A stretch of 64,000 nucleotides of DNA. It comes from Mustelus asterias (Eukaryota). The translations under genes and the position numbers were made by a program. Shown here piece after piece: positions 61,871-64,000 of this stretch. The DNA lies in the NCBI RefSeq assembly GCF_964213995.1, contig NC_135823.1:1178001-1242000 (forward strand), written 5' to 3'. The first letter of the stretch is position 1, and each line of letters begins with the position of its first letter. The notes below the pieces were generated by a model. The model saw only the letters and a program-made list of their open reading frames with translations. It was not told the DNA's origin and ran no database searches.

Positions 61871-63092
61871 CATTAATCGACATTGTACAGCACCTGCCAT
61901 GCAAATTCTCACGTTACCAGAAGCTTCACTGTAAAGTGAACCATCAGACCTTGACTCCAAAATGCTTAAAGGATATAAGTGGCAGGTGGGCAGAAGCTGT
62001 GTCAATGAATTACGTTTAAGGATCATCTTCACGAGCGAGAGAGTCTGAGCGATTGAAGGATAGAATTCCAGAGCTGTGGTCAGAGTCAGCTGACTACATA
62101 GCAGGCAATGTTGGAGTGATGGAAACTTTCCGGAGTAGTTAGGGCACCCTGGATTGCTTTTCTGAATTTCGTTCCTGAGCCGTCGGCAGATAATCCACGC
62201 AGCCACATCCCTGCAATACCGATGGAGCACGGCACTGTCGTTGAGATGATGTCGTTCGGACGAGGCATTCAGATTCGGCCCCGCCTGCCACTCTGGTGGA
62301 AAATTAAGTGCAAAATGGCCCTATATCAAAAGAGAGCAAAGGACATGATTCTGGACTAATATTTACTTATTGTCAAGGAAGAGGCGATGGCCTCATGCTC
62401 CTACTGCTAGAGTACTAATCCAGAAATATTACTAATGTTCTCGGGACCAGGTTCAATTCCTTCCACGGCAGATATTTGGAGTGGAGTGGCGGAGGCTGAG
62501 GGGAGTCCTCAGTGAAGCCGATAAAATTATGAGAGGCATAGATAGGGTTGACAGCATGAATCTATTCCCAGAGTTGAAACGGCTCGTCCTTGGGATGAGC
62601 ATTTAAGGTGAGAGGAGAAATTGCAAAGAGGCTGTGAGCAGCAGGTTTTTTGCACAGAGAGTGACAGGTTTCTAGAAAGCGCTGACTGTGTTGGTGGTGC
62701 AGAGAGATATTTCATCGGGTCATTTCAGAGGCTTTGAGATCAGCACATGAATATGCAAGGAGTAGAGGGATATGGAAGATGTACAGGCAGAAGGGATACG
62801 TTTAATTGGGCGTCGTGGTGCACTGTTCTCTGTTCTAATATGGTCGAATTGAAAAAGAAATCTGAAATTCAGGATCTACTAATTGTTATCGATTGTTGGA
62901 AAACCCACATGATTCAATACTGCCCTTTGGGGAAGGATTCTCCCGCCCTGACCTGGTCTTGCCTACATTTGACTCCAGAGCCAGAGCAATGTCGTTGCCT
63001 CTCAACTGCCCACAAGGGCAAATAGGGATGAGCAATAAATGCCGGCCAGCCAACGACGGTCATGGCCCACGAATGAACAAAAATAATCGTAA

Positions 63093-63338
63093 CTGCAAGT
63101 TTGCCTTCGAGTCATTATCAACTTTCTGTTCTCGGGATTTTGTTTTGGGCACGTCTAATTATGAGTACAAAAGAAGAAACGTCACTGCAGTTCCAAATAT
63201 GCTTTACTTACTGTAAAGAACCATGAAACATTCTGTGCTCGTGTTTGTTTCTATATTAAGCATGACTTCTATCATCTTACTGAAACATTGACAAACATGT
63301 CCTGTTGCAGACCACACAAAGTAAAGAGACAGCAGTAA
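63093..63338 (+). pseudogene. Duplicate of the possible TM/tail remnant (LQVCLRVIINFLFSGFCFGHV*L*VQKKKRH...)
   Basis: Second copy inside the tandem duplication, with in-frame stops. Confidence 0.28.
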
Positions 63339-63504
63339 CAGCTAACATATCAGCCCTTCAATATCACGGATCTGCACAACTTTCAATTCCTATTCATATA
63401 TCACAATTGCATAAGATGCAAAGCACAGAAGGGGATCATTCGGCCCATCAGCTCGGTGCTGTAGTTAACATTCCATAAATGCCTCATCATAATGCCTCTT
63501 CCTA

Positions 63505-63657
63505 NNNNNNNNNNNNNNNNNNNNNNNNNNNNNNNNNNNNNNNNNNNNNNNNNNNNNNNNNNNNNNNNNNNNNNNNNNNNNNNNNNNNNNNNNNNNNNNN
63601 NNNNNNNNNNNNNNNNNNNNNNNNNNNNNNNNNNNNNNNNNNNNNNNNNNNNNNNNN
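63505..63657. other. Assembly gap (153 N)
   Basis: Run of N. Confidence 1.
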
Positions 63658-64000
63658 GAGGCCATTTGGCCCATCGAGTCTGCACCGACCACAATCCCAC
63701 CCAGGCCCTATCCCCATATCCCTTAATATTTACCAATAATCCCTCTAACCTACACATCTCAGGACACTAAGCGGCAATTTTTGCATGGCCAATCAACCTA
63801 ACACGCTCATCTATGGACTGTGGGAAGAAACCGGAGCACCCAGAGGATCCCCACGCAGACACGAGGAGAATGTGCAAACTCTACACAGACAGTGATCCAA
63901 GTCGAGAATTGAACCCAGGTCCCTGGACCTGTGAAGCATCCGTGCTAACCATTGTGTTACCGTGCCGCCCATCCTTTTATTATTTTTCTCTCTGATGCCT

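Larger units (their letters stand above)
41373..64000 (+). repeat. Recent tandem segmental duplication: 41373-50358 repeated at 51984-64000 (period about 10.6 kb plus indels)
   Basis: Near-identical ORF-track pairs (42898/53518, 44846/55497, 45395/56046, 46198/56848, 48808/62527); copy 2 has an extra 58432-61582, copy 1 an extra LINE tail at about 47415-47570. Confidence 0.95.

Noticed and set aside
1-64000. CRISPR arrays, rRNA or prokaryotic operons
   Set aside because: Eukaryotic intron-containing, repeat-rich DNA; no regularly spaced repeat-spacer array seen.

Overview
Vertebrate genomic DNA, most likely from a shark or other elasmobranch. The window is dominated by CR1-clade (HER1-like) LINE fragments, tRNA-derived HE1-like SINEs and a few solo LTRs; almost all long ORFs in the supplied track are retroelement pieces. 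Between the repeats lies an immune-receptor locus, reconstructed here by hand from splice sites. (1) An apparently intact 8-exon minus-strand gene (21085->8329, 342 aa) encodes leader, germline-joined VJ domain, C1 domain, a Cys-containing stalk, an uncharged TM and a multi-exon tail ending in an ITIM-like PIYASL; this is a non-rearranging antigen-receptor-like molecule with no RSS seen. (2) A decayed four-exon DAP10/DAP12-type adaptor gene lies at 4018->2796, with a second partial copy at about 40.2-40.6 kb. (3) An inverted paralogous copy of the receptor's last exon at 38.2 kb has lost the tyrosine. (4) Possible remnants of an activating receptor with a TM arginine (NKp30-like layout) occur at 49.5, 51.8 and 63.1 kb. 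The region shows an older duplication with inversion and a recent tandem duplication of about 10.6 kb. All exon models and identities are by eye and need alignment or RNA-seq confirmation.
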